The position numbers and the translations under genes were made by a program. From Macrostomum lignano (Eukaryota): DNA of 64,000 nt. The stretch spans positions 248,001 to 312,000 of the forward strand of contig NIVC01001331.1 of NCBI GenBank assembly GCA_002269645.1. Direction: 5' to 3'. Shown here piece after piece: positions 39,480 to 52,660 of the stretch; position 1 is the stretch's first letter; every line of letters starts with the position of its first letter. Below the pieces are notes generated by a model, which saw only the letters and a program-made list of their open reading frames with translations, made no database searches and was not told the DNA's origin.

Positions 39480-40620
39480 TTCAAGGGATGCTTGCTATCG
39501 GGGGGATACTTGCTATCAGGGGATGCTTGCTATCCGGAGATGCTTGCTATCTGGAGATGCTTGCTATCTGGGGGGATGCTTGCTATCAGGGGATGCTTGC
39601 TATCGGGGGGATGCTTGCTATCAGGGGATGCTTGCTATCCGGAGATGCTTGCTATCTGGGGGATGCTTGCTATCCGGAGATGCTTGATATCGGGGATGCT
39701 TGCTATCAGGGGATGCTTGCTATCAGGGGATGCTTGCTATCCGGAGATGCTTGATATCGGGGATGCTTGCTATCTGGGGGATGCTTGCTATCTGGGGGGA
39801 TGCTTGCTATCTGGGGGGATGCTTGCTATCTGGGGGGATGCTTGCTATCTGGGGGGATGCTTGCTATCTGGGGGGATGCTTGCTATCTGGGGGGATGCTT
39901 GCTATCAGGGGATGCTTGCTATCCGGAGATGCTTGATATCGGGGATGCTTGCTATCTGGGGGGATGCTTGCTATCAGGGGATGCTTGCTATCCGGAGATG
40001 CTTGATATCGGGGATGCTTGCTATCTGGGGGGATGCTTGCTATCCGGAGATGCTTGCTATCTGGGGGGATGCTTGCTATCAGGGGATGCTTGCTATCCGG
40101 AGATGCTTGATATCGGGGATGCTTGCTATCTGGGGGGATGCTTGCTATCCGGAGATGCTTGCTATCTGGGGGGATGCTTGCTATCAGGGGATGCTTGCTA
40201 TCCGGAGATGCTTGATATCTGGGGGGGATGCTTGCTATCGGGGGATGCTTGATATCTGGGGGGATGCTTGCTATCGGGGGAATGCTTGCTATCGGGGGAT
40301 GCTTGCTTTCTCGGGAATGCTTGCTATCGGGGGATGCTTGCTTTCTCGGGAATGCTTGCTATCGGGGATGCTTGCTTTCTCGGGAATGCTTGCTATCGGG
40401 GGATGCTTGCTTTCTCGGAATGCTTGCTATCGGGGATGCTTGCTTTCTCGGGAATGCTTGCTATCGGGGGATGCTTGCTTTCTCGGGAATGCTTGCTATC
40501 GGGGGATGCTTGCTTTCTCGGGAATGCTTGCTATCGGGGGATGCTTGCTTTCTCGGGAATGCTTGCTATCGGGGGATGCTTGCTTTCTCGGGGATGCTTT
40601 ATTTTTAAGGGGAATGCCTG
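39480..40620. repeat. 16-18-bp variable array (GGGGATGCTTGCTATC)
   Basis: Read directly from the sequence. Confidence 0.95.
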
Positions 40621-41524
40621 CTATCTTTTTGAAGGCTAAATTTTGTTGTGTTCCTTTGTTACATTTAAAAAAAGAGATTCATAACAAACATCTTTCATTG
40701 TCTGTGACAATTTTACTCGAATAAGGTGATTTATAAAACTGAAGAAGGAATTGGTTGTTAAGAAAATGCGCTTTTTAATGGATTTGCATAAATAATTTTT
40801 GCTTCTTGCTTATTGGGCGCCCCGAAGGGGGGCAACAGATAGCTAGTCCAATATACTAAAAATTTAAACTACAAATTACTTAATAACCTAACTAAAAACC
40901 TATATATTAGAATTTAACGGTTGGCTCAAGACGAATCAGTGAATATATATTTAAAGATAATGGTGCTCTTGTTCAGAAAACATTCCATTCCAAGAAACCA
41001 ACTCATCCAGCAAATTCTAACTATGGACAAACAGAACAAAATGGCACAATTTTACCAACTCTGCCCCTTGCGTATCCATAGGTGAAACTTTGCCAGAAAT
41101 TCACCAAGCCTATTTTACCCCCAAGAAATCGTTTCCAATCTCAAGGGTTCGCGAAGCATTTCAATTCCAAATTAAGAAAGCTCGCATTATTCGCAGTAGT
41201 TCTTTTCTTCTTTCGTGCAGTTAACTACTAACTTCCTGGGACAGCTTATCATAATAACAAAAATTCTTTGCACGAGGAGAAACGATTGTCCAGTCAAGTA
41301 GAGTGGAAGGCCGCTAAAATAGCTGGCCCCACTTTGACCAACTTCAAGATCAGCGCTTCAGAGCCCGCGTCTCATTGTCGCTCGCTGCGCGACAGCGGCT
41401 GGCCTTCCGTCCGATGCGCTCAAGTGGCCACTGAATAAGCGGCGCGTCGGGGGAAGCCATGATACTCCTGTTCTGCCGTGTCACTGAGTGTCTCTCGGGC
41501 GCTATCGACTCCCTATAGAGGCAT

Positions 41525-41560
41525 TCTCTCTCTCTCTCTCTCTCTACCTCTCTCTCTCTC

Positions 41561-41630
<70 letters not shown>
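41525..41630. repeat. (CT)n microsatellite
   Basis: Read directly from the sequence. Confidence 0.95.
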
Positions 41631-42414
41631 TTCTCTCCGTTCTGTCCCAACTCTTCTTTCTCCATTCTCTCCATTCTCTCCCTTTTCTCCTTTCTCCCTG
41701 CTCTTCTCTCCCCATTCTATTTCCTTCTGTCCATGACCTCTCTCTCTCTCCTCCTCTCTCTCTTTCTCGCCGATAGCCAAAGCCGGTGCTGACGGCATTC
41801 TTCTATTAATTATGTTGGAGTCGGAGACTTTGAAGACCTCCCTGTTCAGCGCGTAAATCTCCCCGACAGACACCTCACTTATTGGCGGCATTCTGAAAAG
41901 TTGCTGCTTCTGTGTTAGCGACCAGGTGACCGATGCTCCTAGCATATATGCTATGCGAACATGCAGACATTCCCCGAGGTCTAAGTTGATCAACTGCCGC
42001 ATCAATCAATGCGGCCTCATGGGCGCTCGCTGTGGGTCTGTAGCTGGCGGCTTCGCTGAATGAATCAATCGAGCACCCCCTCACAGGAATCAAAGCGATT
42101 GCCCACTGTCCGAAGCGAGGTCCGAGGCCGCCACAATGCATCAATTTGATCTATCTGTCTCTCTATCTTCATCTCTATCTCTCCATCACTATACTCTTAA
42201 TAGCGCAAACTATCACTCTACTCACATGGTGGGGTGTGCCAGTGTTACAGCTACTGTTATAGCTGGGATTGAAACAAAATTTTGCATATCGCAAACCTTT
42301 TTGCATATTAATTACCATAACGTTCTAGCTGGATTTCCGATAACATTGAAGCGACAGCCTCCGAAGTGTTAGTTCGTTAGATTTCTCACTGTGTGCACTT
42401 CAATAACTTGACAC

Positions 42415-42610
42415 TAGCGGCGATACCCATAGACACTAGCGGCGATACCCATAGACACTAGCGGCGGTACCCATAGACACTAGCGGCGATACCCATAGAC
42501 ACTAGCGGCGATACCCATAGACACTAGCGGCGATACCCATAGACACTAGCGGCGATACCCATAGACACTAGCGGCGATAGCCATAGACACTAACGGCGTT
42601 AGCCATAGAC
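42415..42610. repeat. 22-bp minisatellite (CACTAGCGGCGATACCCATAGA)
   Basis: Read directly from the sequence. Confidence 0.93.
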
Positions 42611-43574
42611 ACTTAGACATTAGAATTTGTCTATGGCCAAAAGTGAAGATAGAATTTCAAACAATGACCTGTCACTGTCTGAATTTCATAAAGTTTTGAA
42701 CCATAGACATTTTAAGCAATATCTTCCCAACTTTTAAAGCACATATATCTTACAAGTTCAGACTACTTAATCTATAGGGTCAAGTCCAGCCAGCACAACT
42801 GGGCAGAAAAGGTACAAATGAAAATATTTCAATAATTTTACAGCTTTTAACTAATACGCCTAGCCCTATGCAGCCCCTCTCTAAGCGCGTCAGCTGCTGG
42901 AAACGAGGATCGAGGCCTCTCCTAGCCTTCTGGGCGACAGTTGTTGACAGGGAAGAGAGCTTAGTGGGGGAGGGGAAAAAGACGGAATGAAGATCTGACG
43001 TGAGACCCCCCAGTTCGCATCGCAAGTTCCCGCAGCCTCTTCTATAGGCAGATTAAGCTCCCAAGGTCCAGGGCCTGCTAAAGACGCCCTGTTAAAGAGA
43101 ACCGCCACCGTTATTTTTTCTTCATCACCATTCGTACCTTCTCTCACCTTCTGTTCCACCCGCACTTCAAAGGGTGCACATTCATTGGAGAAAAAATTAG
43201 TTTTTGCTTCCACAATTTTTGTTGCCCATCCGGCTAAAGCGTTGTTGGAGAAAGAATGGGAACCCAATCATATTATATAGAAAGGGCATTGCAGCTTGGA
43301 GTGGCTAATTGGGAGCATTTAGTTGGAGTGCTGAACTAATACAACTCTAAGCGTGCTGTATTTCTCTTCTGACTTCCCGTCTCTGGACACTTCAACTAGA
43401 AATTGGTGCGGAAGTTTCTGAACTACTCAATGATGAGGCACGGGTGGGAAAGAAAAATGAGTCCAATGATACTGGAGATGGGGTGAGCACAGAGACTCAA
43501 AACTTGGCGAGATGGGGTTTCAGAATTCTTAATTGGGGCTTTCTTCGTGCGACTGTTGGCGCTTCTTCGCTTGC

Positions 43575-43910
43575 TGATCCTGGCGCCCCGTACAGATTGA
43601 GGTGGCGCCCCGTACACTGATCCTGGCGCCCCGTAAATATTGAGGTGGCGCCCCGTACACTGATCCTGGCGCCCCGTAAATATTGAGGTGGCGCCCCGTA
43701 CACTGATCCTGGCGCCCCGTACACTGATCCTTGCGCCCCGTACACTGATCCTGGCGCCCCGTACACTGATCCTGGCGCCCCCTACACTGATCCTTGCGCC
43801 CCGTACACTGATCCTTGCACCCTGTACGCTGATACTGGAGCCCCATACACTAATCCTGGCGCCCCGTACAGATTGAGGTGGCGCCCTGTACACTGATCCT
43901 GGCGCCCTCG
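43575..43910. repeat. 21-bp minisatellite (GGCGCCCCGTACACTGATCCT)
   Basis: Read directly from the sequence. Confidence 0.93.
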
Positions 43911-44667
43911 ACATTTTATCGGATAAAGTCCCGCCAGAGTGAGTTTACCCTTAAGGCATTCAGTCTTTCCTCTTTCAATTATAGAAGAAAATAGCAGTAT
44001 TGGGATAAGGTAAACAAAAATAGCCAGAAATAGAAAGACAATAAACTACTGGAAGAGGCAGCAGCTGACTGGGGGGAGGCAGCCAGCATGCGACGCCACG
44101 GTGCCAAAACGAGCGGCTGTAGATTCTGTCGCAGTAGAATCCCGTCATAGCTGGCTGAAGTGGAAGAAGATTCCTAATAAATGTTTAATTGGCTGCACAC
44201 TTGGAAGCTCATTTCCTTTTTTCATACGCACTCTGAGTGCCTGCGGAGTTGCTAAATAGGAAAAAGGCTGGATGAAGAATAGAAGAGGCTGGATGAAAAT
44301 CTTTGGCAGACTCGATGGCCCAATTGCCACACAAAGTTTTACAGGTGGTGGCGGGCAGATGGGGGGGGAGGAGGTTTTTAATTGCCATCCAGCGAGGGAG
44401 AGAAGAGCCTGCTCCGCCCTGACTATAAGCAGAGCCCTCGCGTGAGCACAAGAGTAGCAATGTCTGTCATTTAGAGCCATTGCTGGGATGGCTTGCTTGC
44501 TGCTGCTGCTGCCAGAAGACATTTTTGCTTCTTTTGCGAGGACTTTCGCTCTCTCTCTCTCTCTCTCTTCATCAGCTCCACTGACCATTCTGACGCTGTG
44601 CACTTCATGGAGAAATAAATGGTATATATTCCCCATTTATTTTGTTGTCTAGCGGGCAACAGCAAGA

Positions 44668-44907
44668 GGTGTCTCGTTTATTGACCGAGGCGAAGCCGAG
44701 GTCAATGATCGAGACACCGAGTGCTTTTGGCCCTAGACAGCTAAATGAGTGGGGAATATGATATGTATCCCCCGTTCGTTGTCTATGGTTGTTGTCTCGA
44801 ATTTATCAGCCCGCGGGGCAGCGGGAAATAAATGATTTATTCACCTAGGGAAATAAATGAAAACATGCGTCACATAGACACTCGCCCGAGGCAAAAGGGG
44901 GATACAT
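44668..44907. mobile_element. Unclassified hairpin/foldback element
   Basis: 51-nt hairpin at 44668-44718 with a GGC-GAA-GCC cap, plus inverted arms ATGTATCCCCC...TGTCTATG / CATAGACA...GGGGGATACAT. Confidence 0.55.
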
Positions 44908-45251
44908 TCGAAGTTACTACGAGCGTACGAGCTATTTACTTTTTGACTCTTCGTGATGGATAGGTTCTGGAACAAGTTTGTCTATGGTAAAATCCTATTT
45001 AACACGATAGGGAATGAGCCCATTACAAACTGCATTGCAGAAAAATAAGTGGGAAAACATTTTATATCAATAATGGACTTTTTCAGCGTGTAGCTTCCTT
45101 CCATTCTATTTGTCCATGAAATGCATTGTAATATTTTTTCTAGGGCTTCGATAATGTACTAATGCATCAAATTGGCTTTGAGATCTCTTGAGCTGAAGAG
45201 GCAGGTGCGAAACTCACAGCAGCCCACATCCCCACATCCCCACACCCGCAG

Positions 45252-45376
45252 AATCCCAGCGCATCAAGGTGCAGCTCTCGCGCGGTGTCCTCGCTGAGCC
45301 GGTGGATGGCCTGCGATCGAGGCGACAGCGACGAGTGCGCATCGCTAGCAACGGCATCGATAAGAGCTTCATCTGG
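45252..45376 (+). CDS. Gene 2 exon 7 with multibasic RSRRQRR (furin-like) site
   Basis: Acceptor cccgcag, donor TGG|gtgag, phase 1-0, GC-rich codons. Confidence 0.85.
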
Positions 45377-45721
45377 GTGAGCGCTGCCGCAGAGGCTGGA
45401 GTGGCGCCGGAGCCAGGCGTGTGTGTTGCCTGCAGCAAATTGCCTGACTAGAAATCCGAGGGAGAACTGATCCCCCCGTCTCCCCTCTTGTGCCAACACT
45501 CTAAAAAACCGATTTTCGCTCTTCAAACTTGAATGGTATTTTTTTAGCCAAGCAGCGCTCCGGTTGGCCAGAATTTTTGTGCTGGCGATTTTTGGAACCG
45601 TTTGCTATTGTGATGCAATTTGAAGCCCCTGAATAGGTTTTCGCAGAGAGCAAATTGGCATTTGACTATGTTTGGCTCAAACTATTCTGAGATAGGATAC
45701 CATTTTCAGTATAATAGAAAA

Positions 45722-46297
45722 TGATCGTTCTGGTGACAGCCTCAGTGAGTATCATCACTCCAGTATGATTCAAAATGATAGTTCTGGTGACAGCCTCAGT
45801 GAGTATCATCACTCCAGTATGATTCAAAATGATAGTTCTGGTGACAGCCTCAGTGAGTATCATCACTCCAGTATGATTCAAAATGATAGTTCTGGTGACA
45901 GCCTCAGTGAGTATCATCACTCCAGTATGATTCAAAATGATAGTTCTGGTGACAGCCTCAGTGAGTATCATCACTCCAGTATGATTCAAAATGATAGTTC
46001 TGGTGACAACCTCAGTGAGTATCATCACTCCAGTATGATTCAAAATGATAGTTCTGGTGACAACCTCAGTGATTATCATCACTCCAGTATGATTCAAAAT
46101 GATAGTTCTGGTGACAGCCTCAGTGAGTATCATCACTCCAGTATGATTCAAAATGATAGTTCTGGTGACAGCCTCAGTGAGTATCATCACTACAGTATGA
46201 TTAAAAATGATAGTTCTGGTGACAGCCTCAGTGAGTATCATCACTACAGTATGATTCAAAACGATAGTTCTGGTGACAACCTCAGTGAGTATCATCA
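45722..46297. repeat. 54-bp minisatellite, ~10-11 copies
   Basis: Read directly from the sequence. Confidence 0.95.
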
Positions 46298-46896
46298 CGG
46301 CAATCAAATTCAAAATCAGAACTAAAGTACGACATAAATATAGTAGTTTTATGTTGAATTCACCATTGGAACATAAAGTAAAGAGTTCGCCACACGGAGA
46401 GCCAGTAAGACTCGCCTTGACTCCGGGCATTCCAGCCTCTTAAGTTCCCTATCCTGGCTTGCTCTCTGGCCGCCAAATCAAGCAAAAGCCTCTCCCTGAA
46501 AGCTGCAGTGTGAAAGAGTGTGCTGTGAACAAGCAAACACACTTTATTTGCACCCCTTCAGCCCTGTTCTATAAGATAGATTGATTTCTGTCGTGGGTGA
46601 GGTTGAGCTTTGGCCCAATCACAATCGATCTGCGCTGAGCATTCAGTGCTGTTGCTGCCTGTGAGTCCTGTGTGTGTTTCTGTGTGTGTAGGCGGACATG
46701 ACCATCCTTAAAGAGCATCTGGGGTGTGGCTGCCATCTGCTGTTATGCTGGGGCAGATTTAGTGTGGCTAGGTGTGGTTGCTTAGACGACACTATTTTAT
46801 AATGGTTTCAGTTGCTGTCTGTCACCTCCCATGTGTGGGAGGTTAAAATCTCTTCGCTGTTCGATATTAAAGTCTGCGGTACTTTTAGCTCAGCTA

Positions 46897-47447
46897 GGCG
46901 CCCCCTGATACCTAAAATGGCACCCCCTGATACCTAAAATGGCACCCCCTGATACCTAAAATGGCGCCCCCTGATACCTAAAATGGCGCCCCCTGATACC
47001 TAAAATGGCACCCCTGATACCTAAAATGGCGCCCCCTGATACCTAAAATGGCGCCCCTGATACCTAAAATGGCACCCCCTGATACCTAAAATGGCGCCCC
47101 TGATACCTAAAATGGCGCCCCTGATACCTAAAATGGCGCCCCTGATACCTAAAATGGCGCCCCTGATACCTAAAATGGCGCCCCCTGATACCTAAAATGG
47201 CGCCCCCTGATACCTAAAATGGCGCCCCCTGATACCTAAAATGGCGCCCCTGATACCTAAAATGGCGCCCCCTGATACCTAAAATGGCACCCCTGATACC
47301 TAAAATGGCGCCCCCTGATACCTAAAATGGCGCTCCCTGATACCTAAAATGGCGCCCCCTGATACCTAAAATGGCGCCCCTGATACCTAAAATGGCGCCC
47401 CTGATACCTAAAATGGCACCCCCTGATACCTAAAATGGCGCCCCTGA
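46897..47447. repeat. 21-22-bp minisatellite (GGCGCCCCCTGATACCTAAAAT)
   Basis: Read directly from the sequence. Confidence 0.95.
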
Positions 47448-48009
47448 TGCTGAACATCGCCGTCCATCTATTCACATCTAGAGATTAACCATAGCAACAT
47501 ACACCACCAAAATTTGCTGCTCCAAATAGCTCCAAACTCAGAGACTTCCTGGCGACGACAGTAGCTGACTCACTCGCATAATTTATTAATAAAATAATTC
47601 TAATTCTAAGCTTCAAGCCTACATTCGAAAAGTGCACTGCCGCACTTGCATAACCGGATTATCCACGAATAGTTTGCTTTGCTAGAGAATTGACGGAATT
47701 CTCTGCGACTGAAACTTGCAGAAACTTGCAGAAATTTTGATTGCTAAAGTTCACATTTGCATGGCTGATACAAGAGGGAATTTTTGTTGGGTACGATTGC
47801 AAACTGCACTGAAATTTTAAAAAAATATTCAGTGGTTTATTATTAATAGTCAAGTGACAGCAATAGTGATTGACAGGCGGTGGCTGGCTGTTGACAGCTA
47901 GCTCGTATCAGTGATTTCGTGTATTTAGTTCGCCTCGAACCACTGAGGAAATAAAGTACATGGCTGTGAGAGTGATTCAAGGTTCTGGTATTTCCTGCAT
48001 GTCTGCTTG

Positions 48010-48825
48010 TGCACCAGTGACTGACCAAACTATTGCTGACTTGTGCAACAGTGACTGACCAAACTATTGCTGACTTGTGCACCAGTGACTGACCAAACTA
48101 TTGCTGACTTGTGCACCAGTGACTGACCAAGTTATTGCTGACTTGTGCAACAGTGACTGACCAAACTATTGCTGACTTGTGCACCAGTGACTGACCAAAC
48201 TATTGCTGACTTGTGCACCAGTGACTGACCAAGTTATTGCTGACTTGTGCACCAGTGACTGACCAAGTTATTGCTGACTTGTGCAACAGTGACTGACCAA
48301 ACTATTGCTGACTTGTGCACCAGTGACTGACCAAACTATTGCTGACTTGTGCACCAGTGACTGACCAAACTATTGCTGACTTGTGCACCAGTGACTGACC
48401 AAGTTATTGCTGACTTGTGCAACAGTGACTGACCAAACTATTGCTGACTTGTGCACCAGTGACTGACCAAACTATTGCTGACTTGTGCACCAGTGACTGA
48501 CCAAGTTATTGCTGACTTGTGCACCAGTGACTGACCAAGTTATTGCTGACTTGTGCAACAGTGACTGACCAAACTATTGCTGACTTGTGCAACAGTGACT
48601 GACCAAACTATTGCTGACTTGTGCACCAGTAACTGACCAAACTATTGCTGACTTGTGCACCAGTAACTGACCAAACTATTGCTGACTTGTGCACCAGTGA
48701 CTGACCAAACTATTGCTGACTTGAGCACCAGTGACTGACCAAACTATTGCTGACTTGTGCAACAGTGACTGACCAAGTTATTGCTGACTTGTGCACCAGT
48801 GACTGACCAAGTTATTGCTGACTGC
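48010..48825. repeat. 34-bp minisatellite (GTGCACCAGTGACTGACCAAACTATTGCTGACTT)
   Basis: Read directly from the sequence. Confidence 0.96.
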
Positions 48826-49068
48826 CGAAAGTCACATGCCCTGTGGAACGCATGGAGTGCCTGGGAATTACTCGCACTTTGCAAGATGGGAGTAAAACTC
48901 GATTTTATCTCAGTTCACCCGACTACTTGGGCCGCCACACTGCCTGCATTTCTACTGGACTCGCATTCAGCCTCGGGGTTCCCTCCGTCAATCCCAGGCC
49001 TAAATCCTATCAAAATCCCTAAGACAGTAGACTCAGGATTTGCTCACGCTGCTGGAAAGCTAGCAAAA

Positions 49069-49184
<116 letters not shown>

Positions 49185-49371
49185 TTAAGCTGCATCTAAA
49201 GCCGCGTTCAGGAGGTCAAGCTGGGCGGCAACGCAAATTAAGTCCTATCTGCGATTTTTGAGTCTCGCCCCAGTCCCCAGCTGGCGATCCGGTGGGAAAT
49301 AAAAGAAGATGACTGCAGTGAGAAAGAGGGGTTGTGGCCGGAGCTTGAATATGTGACAAAGTGTTCTAGAT

Positions 49372-50392
49372 GTGAGTGACAGTGTGAGACAGGGAGTGAG
49401 TGGCAGTGTGAGACAGGGAGTGAATGACAGTGTGAGACAGGGAGTGAATGACAGTGTTAGTGACAGTGTTAGTGACAGTGTGAGACAGGGAGTGAGTGAC
49501 AGTGTGAGATAGGGAGTGAGTGACAGTGTGAGACAGGGAGTGAGTGACAGTGTGAGACAGGGAGTGAGTGACAGTGTGAGACAGGGAGTGAGTGACAGTG
49601 TGAGACAGGGAGTGAGTGACAGTGTGAGACAGGGAGTGAGTGACAGTGTGAGACAGGGAGTGAGTGACAGTGTGAGACAGGGAGTGAGTGACAGTGTGAG
49701 ACAGGGAGTGAGTGACAGTGTGAGTGACAGTGTGAGACAGAGAGTGAGTGACAGTGTGAGACAGGGAGTGAGTGACAGTGTGAGACAGGGAGTGAGTGAC
49801 AGTGTGAGACAGGGAGTGAGTGACAGTGTGAGACAGAGAGTGAGTGACAGTGTGAGACAGGGAGTGAGTGACAGTGTGAGACAGGGAGTGAGTGACAGTG
49901 TGAGACAGGGAGTGAGTGACAGTGTGAGACAGAGAGTGAGTGACAGTGTGAGACAGGGAGTGAGTGACAGTGTGAGACAGGGAGTGAATGACAGTGTTAG
50001 TGACAGTGTTAGTGACAGTGTGAGACAGGGAGTGAGTGACAGTGTGAGATAGGGAGTGAGTGACAGTGTGAGACAGGGAGTGAGTGACAGTGTGAGACAG
50101 GGAGTGAGTGACAGTGTGAGACAGGGAGTGAGTGACAGTGTGAGACAGGGAGTGAGTGACAGTGTGAGACAGGGAGTGAGTGACAGTGTGAGACAGGGAG
50201 TGAGTGACAGTGTGAGACAGGGAGTGAGTGACAGTGTGAGACAGAGAGTGAGTGACAGTGTGAGACAGGGAGTGAGTGACAGTGTGAGACAGGGAGTGAG
50301 TGACAGTGTGAGACAGGGAGTGAGTGACAGTGTGAGACAGGGAGTGAGTGACAGTGTGAGACAGGGAGTGAGTGACAGTGTGAGATAGGGAG
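49372..50392. repeat. 24-bp minisatellite (GTGAGTGACAGTGTGAGACAGGGA), ~42 copies
   Basis: Read directly. A variant block recurs at 540-bp spacing. Confidence 0.97.
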
Positions 50393-51111
50393 TAAACCAG
50401 TAATTGCACTTTAAATGTCGCATATGCAAAAATTGTTACCGGCCAGCCTAGATTAGTCAGTACCTGGAAATAAACTGATAGAATTGAGCCTGGGCCTTTG
50501 CCAATGGGCTTGAACATCCAAGTTGCGACCATAGTTCAGCGAATTGAATTTTCATACTTATGTAAACAACTCAGTTTGGTTACAACGGAGGAGTCCCTGT
50601 ACCATCTGTCAGCATTGGTATAATTGCTAAAGAACAAGGCGGATGGTGGGACAGACAGAGACACAGGCGCCAAATGGGTCGCATCCGGCCTCATCCTGCT
50701 GGCCAGATGCCCGGGCTCTCACGTCGTCTAGCCACGTTCGACAAACACGGAACGGCCGGATTGAGTCGGGAATAGTCAGTAGCAAACAGGGAATAATTTA
50801 TGCGTAAACAGACATTCTGCTAGCGTGAACTTCAAATTAATGCAGAATCGAACTTGGGACCTTAGTGCGTTTACCACTCCGGTACTCAAACCCTGTGTGC
50901 ATGCAGTTAGGTGCTTGAAGTCCATCCATAACAGTACAGTGGCATAATTATACCAACATTGAGTCTGAGTAGTACCAATTAAAAGTAAGTCATGGGTACA
51001 TAAATTTTGTACTGATTACTAAGTTCAATCTGTGTACCAATGTTAAGCCTGTGTACCGGGCCTTTGAACCTACATGCAGTATGACACTGGCGTATTGAAA
51101 GCCTGCGTACG

Positions 51112-51378
51112 CATTGTGACCCTGTGTACGCATTGTGACCCTGTGTACGCATTGTGACCCTGTGTACGCATTGTGACCCTGTGTACGCATTGTGACCCTG
51201 TGTACGCATTGTGACCCTGTGTACGCATTGTGACCCTGTGTACGCATTGTGACCCTGTGTACGCATTGTGACCCTGTGTACGCATTGTGACCCTGTGTAC
51301 GCATTGTGACCCTGTGTACGCATTGTGACCCTGTGTACGCATTGTGACCCTGTGTACGCATTGTGACCCTGTGTACGC
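51112..51378. repeat. 19-bp minisatellite (GCATTGTGACCCTGTGTAC), ~14 copies
   Basis: Read directly from the sequence. Confidence 0.96.
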
Positions 51379-51435
51379 ATTGGGGCAGTAATCGGCATTA
51401 ATAGCCATGTCGGAACCCACCACCCCTGACTGCAG

Positions 51436-51659
51436 GAGGGCGCCAACCCAGAAATCGCAGTTCACGTGTCGATCACCGGAGTGAACCTGGTGCCAGTGTA
51501 CAAGGACGGCAACAAGACCATGGGCCTCGGCGGCCGGCAAGTGGACGCCTCCGACAACGCATTCATAGCCAAATACCTGGCTAAGCGGGACGAGCACACC
51601 AGCTCGGGCGCTGGCAGGTGGAGCGCCAAGTTACGAGATGTCCACGCTAAGTACTGCAG
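51436..51659 (+). CDS. Gene 2 exon 8 (EGANPEIAVHVSITGVNLVPVY...AKYCR)
   Basis: Acceptor ctgcag, donor AG|gtgggc (same-phase alternative at 51618), phase 0-2. Confidence 0.85.
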
Positions 51660-51699
51660 GTGGGCTAGCTTTGCGCTAATTGCCTCCTGATTGCCTTGG

Positions 51700-51925
51700 A
51701 GAGCTCATGGGTTAATTGAGGAGCTCATTAGGTTTATTTAGGTGATCATTAGGTTTATTTTAGGAGCTCATTAGGTTTATTTAGAAGCTCATTAGGTTTA
51801 TTTTATAAGCTCATTAGGTTTATTTAGGAGCTCATAGGAAATTATTTATAAGCTCATTAGGTTTATTTTGGATGTCATTAGGTTTATTTAGAAGCTCATT
51901 AGGTTTATTTTACAGCTTGTTTACT
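51700..51925. repeat. Degenerate ~21-bp array (GAGCTCATTAGGTTTATTTAG)
   Basis: Read directly from the sequence. Confidence 0.85.
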
Positions 51926-52399
51926 TTATTTAGGCAAGTTCAGAAGCAGCAAATCAATTTGAGTACCAAACCAGCATATGCCTGCTACATTTTGCAGTTC
52001 GCTGTGAAGCAGATAAAGCGGCACATTTTTTCATTTTCTTTTCTCTCTCTACAGAAGCTGAGAAACATTTTCTGACAGCGACACGACCTCAACTCGCATT
52101 CACTTCACCGCCCCCCTCCTGAGCTGTCGTCCTCAGGCTGTGAGCCACCATTGTCCCAGATCACAAAACGGTGGTCCTGACGGGAAGTCTCAATCACAGA
52201 GCCATCGCCGCATTTCCAACGCTTTCTGTTTCTAGACAGAGAAATGTGCTTTTTTTCTAAAAAAATATTGCAAAATATTTGCTGGTGGAAAGATTGAATG
52301 AAATCTTTTTTGTTGACGCAGTGTGAAATTCCGCACAACATGGGCCTCTGGATGTCTGGAACTAGACTGAAAAAAGATTGATAAAACAGGCGGATTTGC

Positions 52400-52660
52400 T
52401 TCCAATCCAGGTGTGTATCCAGAGGTCCCTGGTAGATTTTCGAGGACTGTAGACCTACTTCCAATCCAGGTGTGTATCTAGAGGTCTTTGGTGGATTTTT
52501 GAGGACCTGATTCCAATCCAGGTGTGTATCCAGAGGTCCCTGGTAGATTTTCGAGGACTGCAGACCTGCATCTAATCTAAGGTGTGTATTTAGAGGTCCC
52601 TGTCGATTTTTTAGAACTGTAGACCTGCATCTAATCCAAAGTGTGTATTTAAAGGTCCCT
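52400..52660. repeat. Degenerate ~55-60-bp tandem repeat
   Basis: TCCAATCCAGGTGTGTATCCAGAGGTCCC repeated 4-5 times. Confidence 0.75.

Noticed and set aside
46897-47447. Unit TGGCGCCCCCTGATACCTA resembles the CTCF motif (about 14/19 positions by eye)
   Set aside because: The discriminating GGTGG half is degenerate, and CTCF is reported absent from flatworms, the suspected source. A PWM scan and a check for a CTCF gene would be needed.
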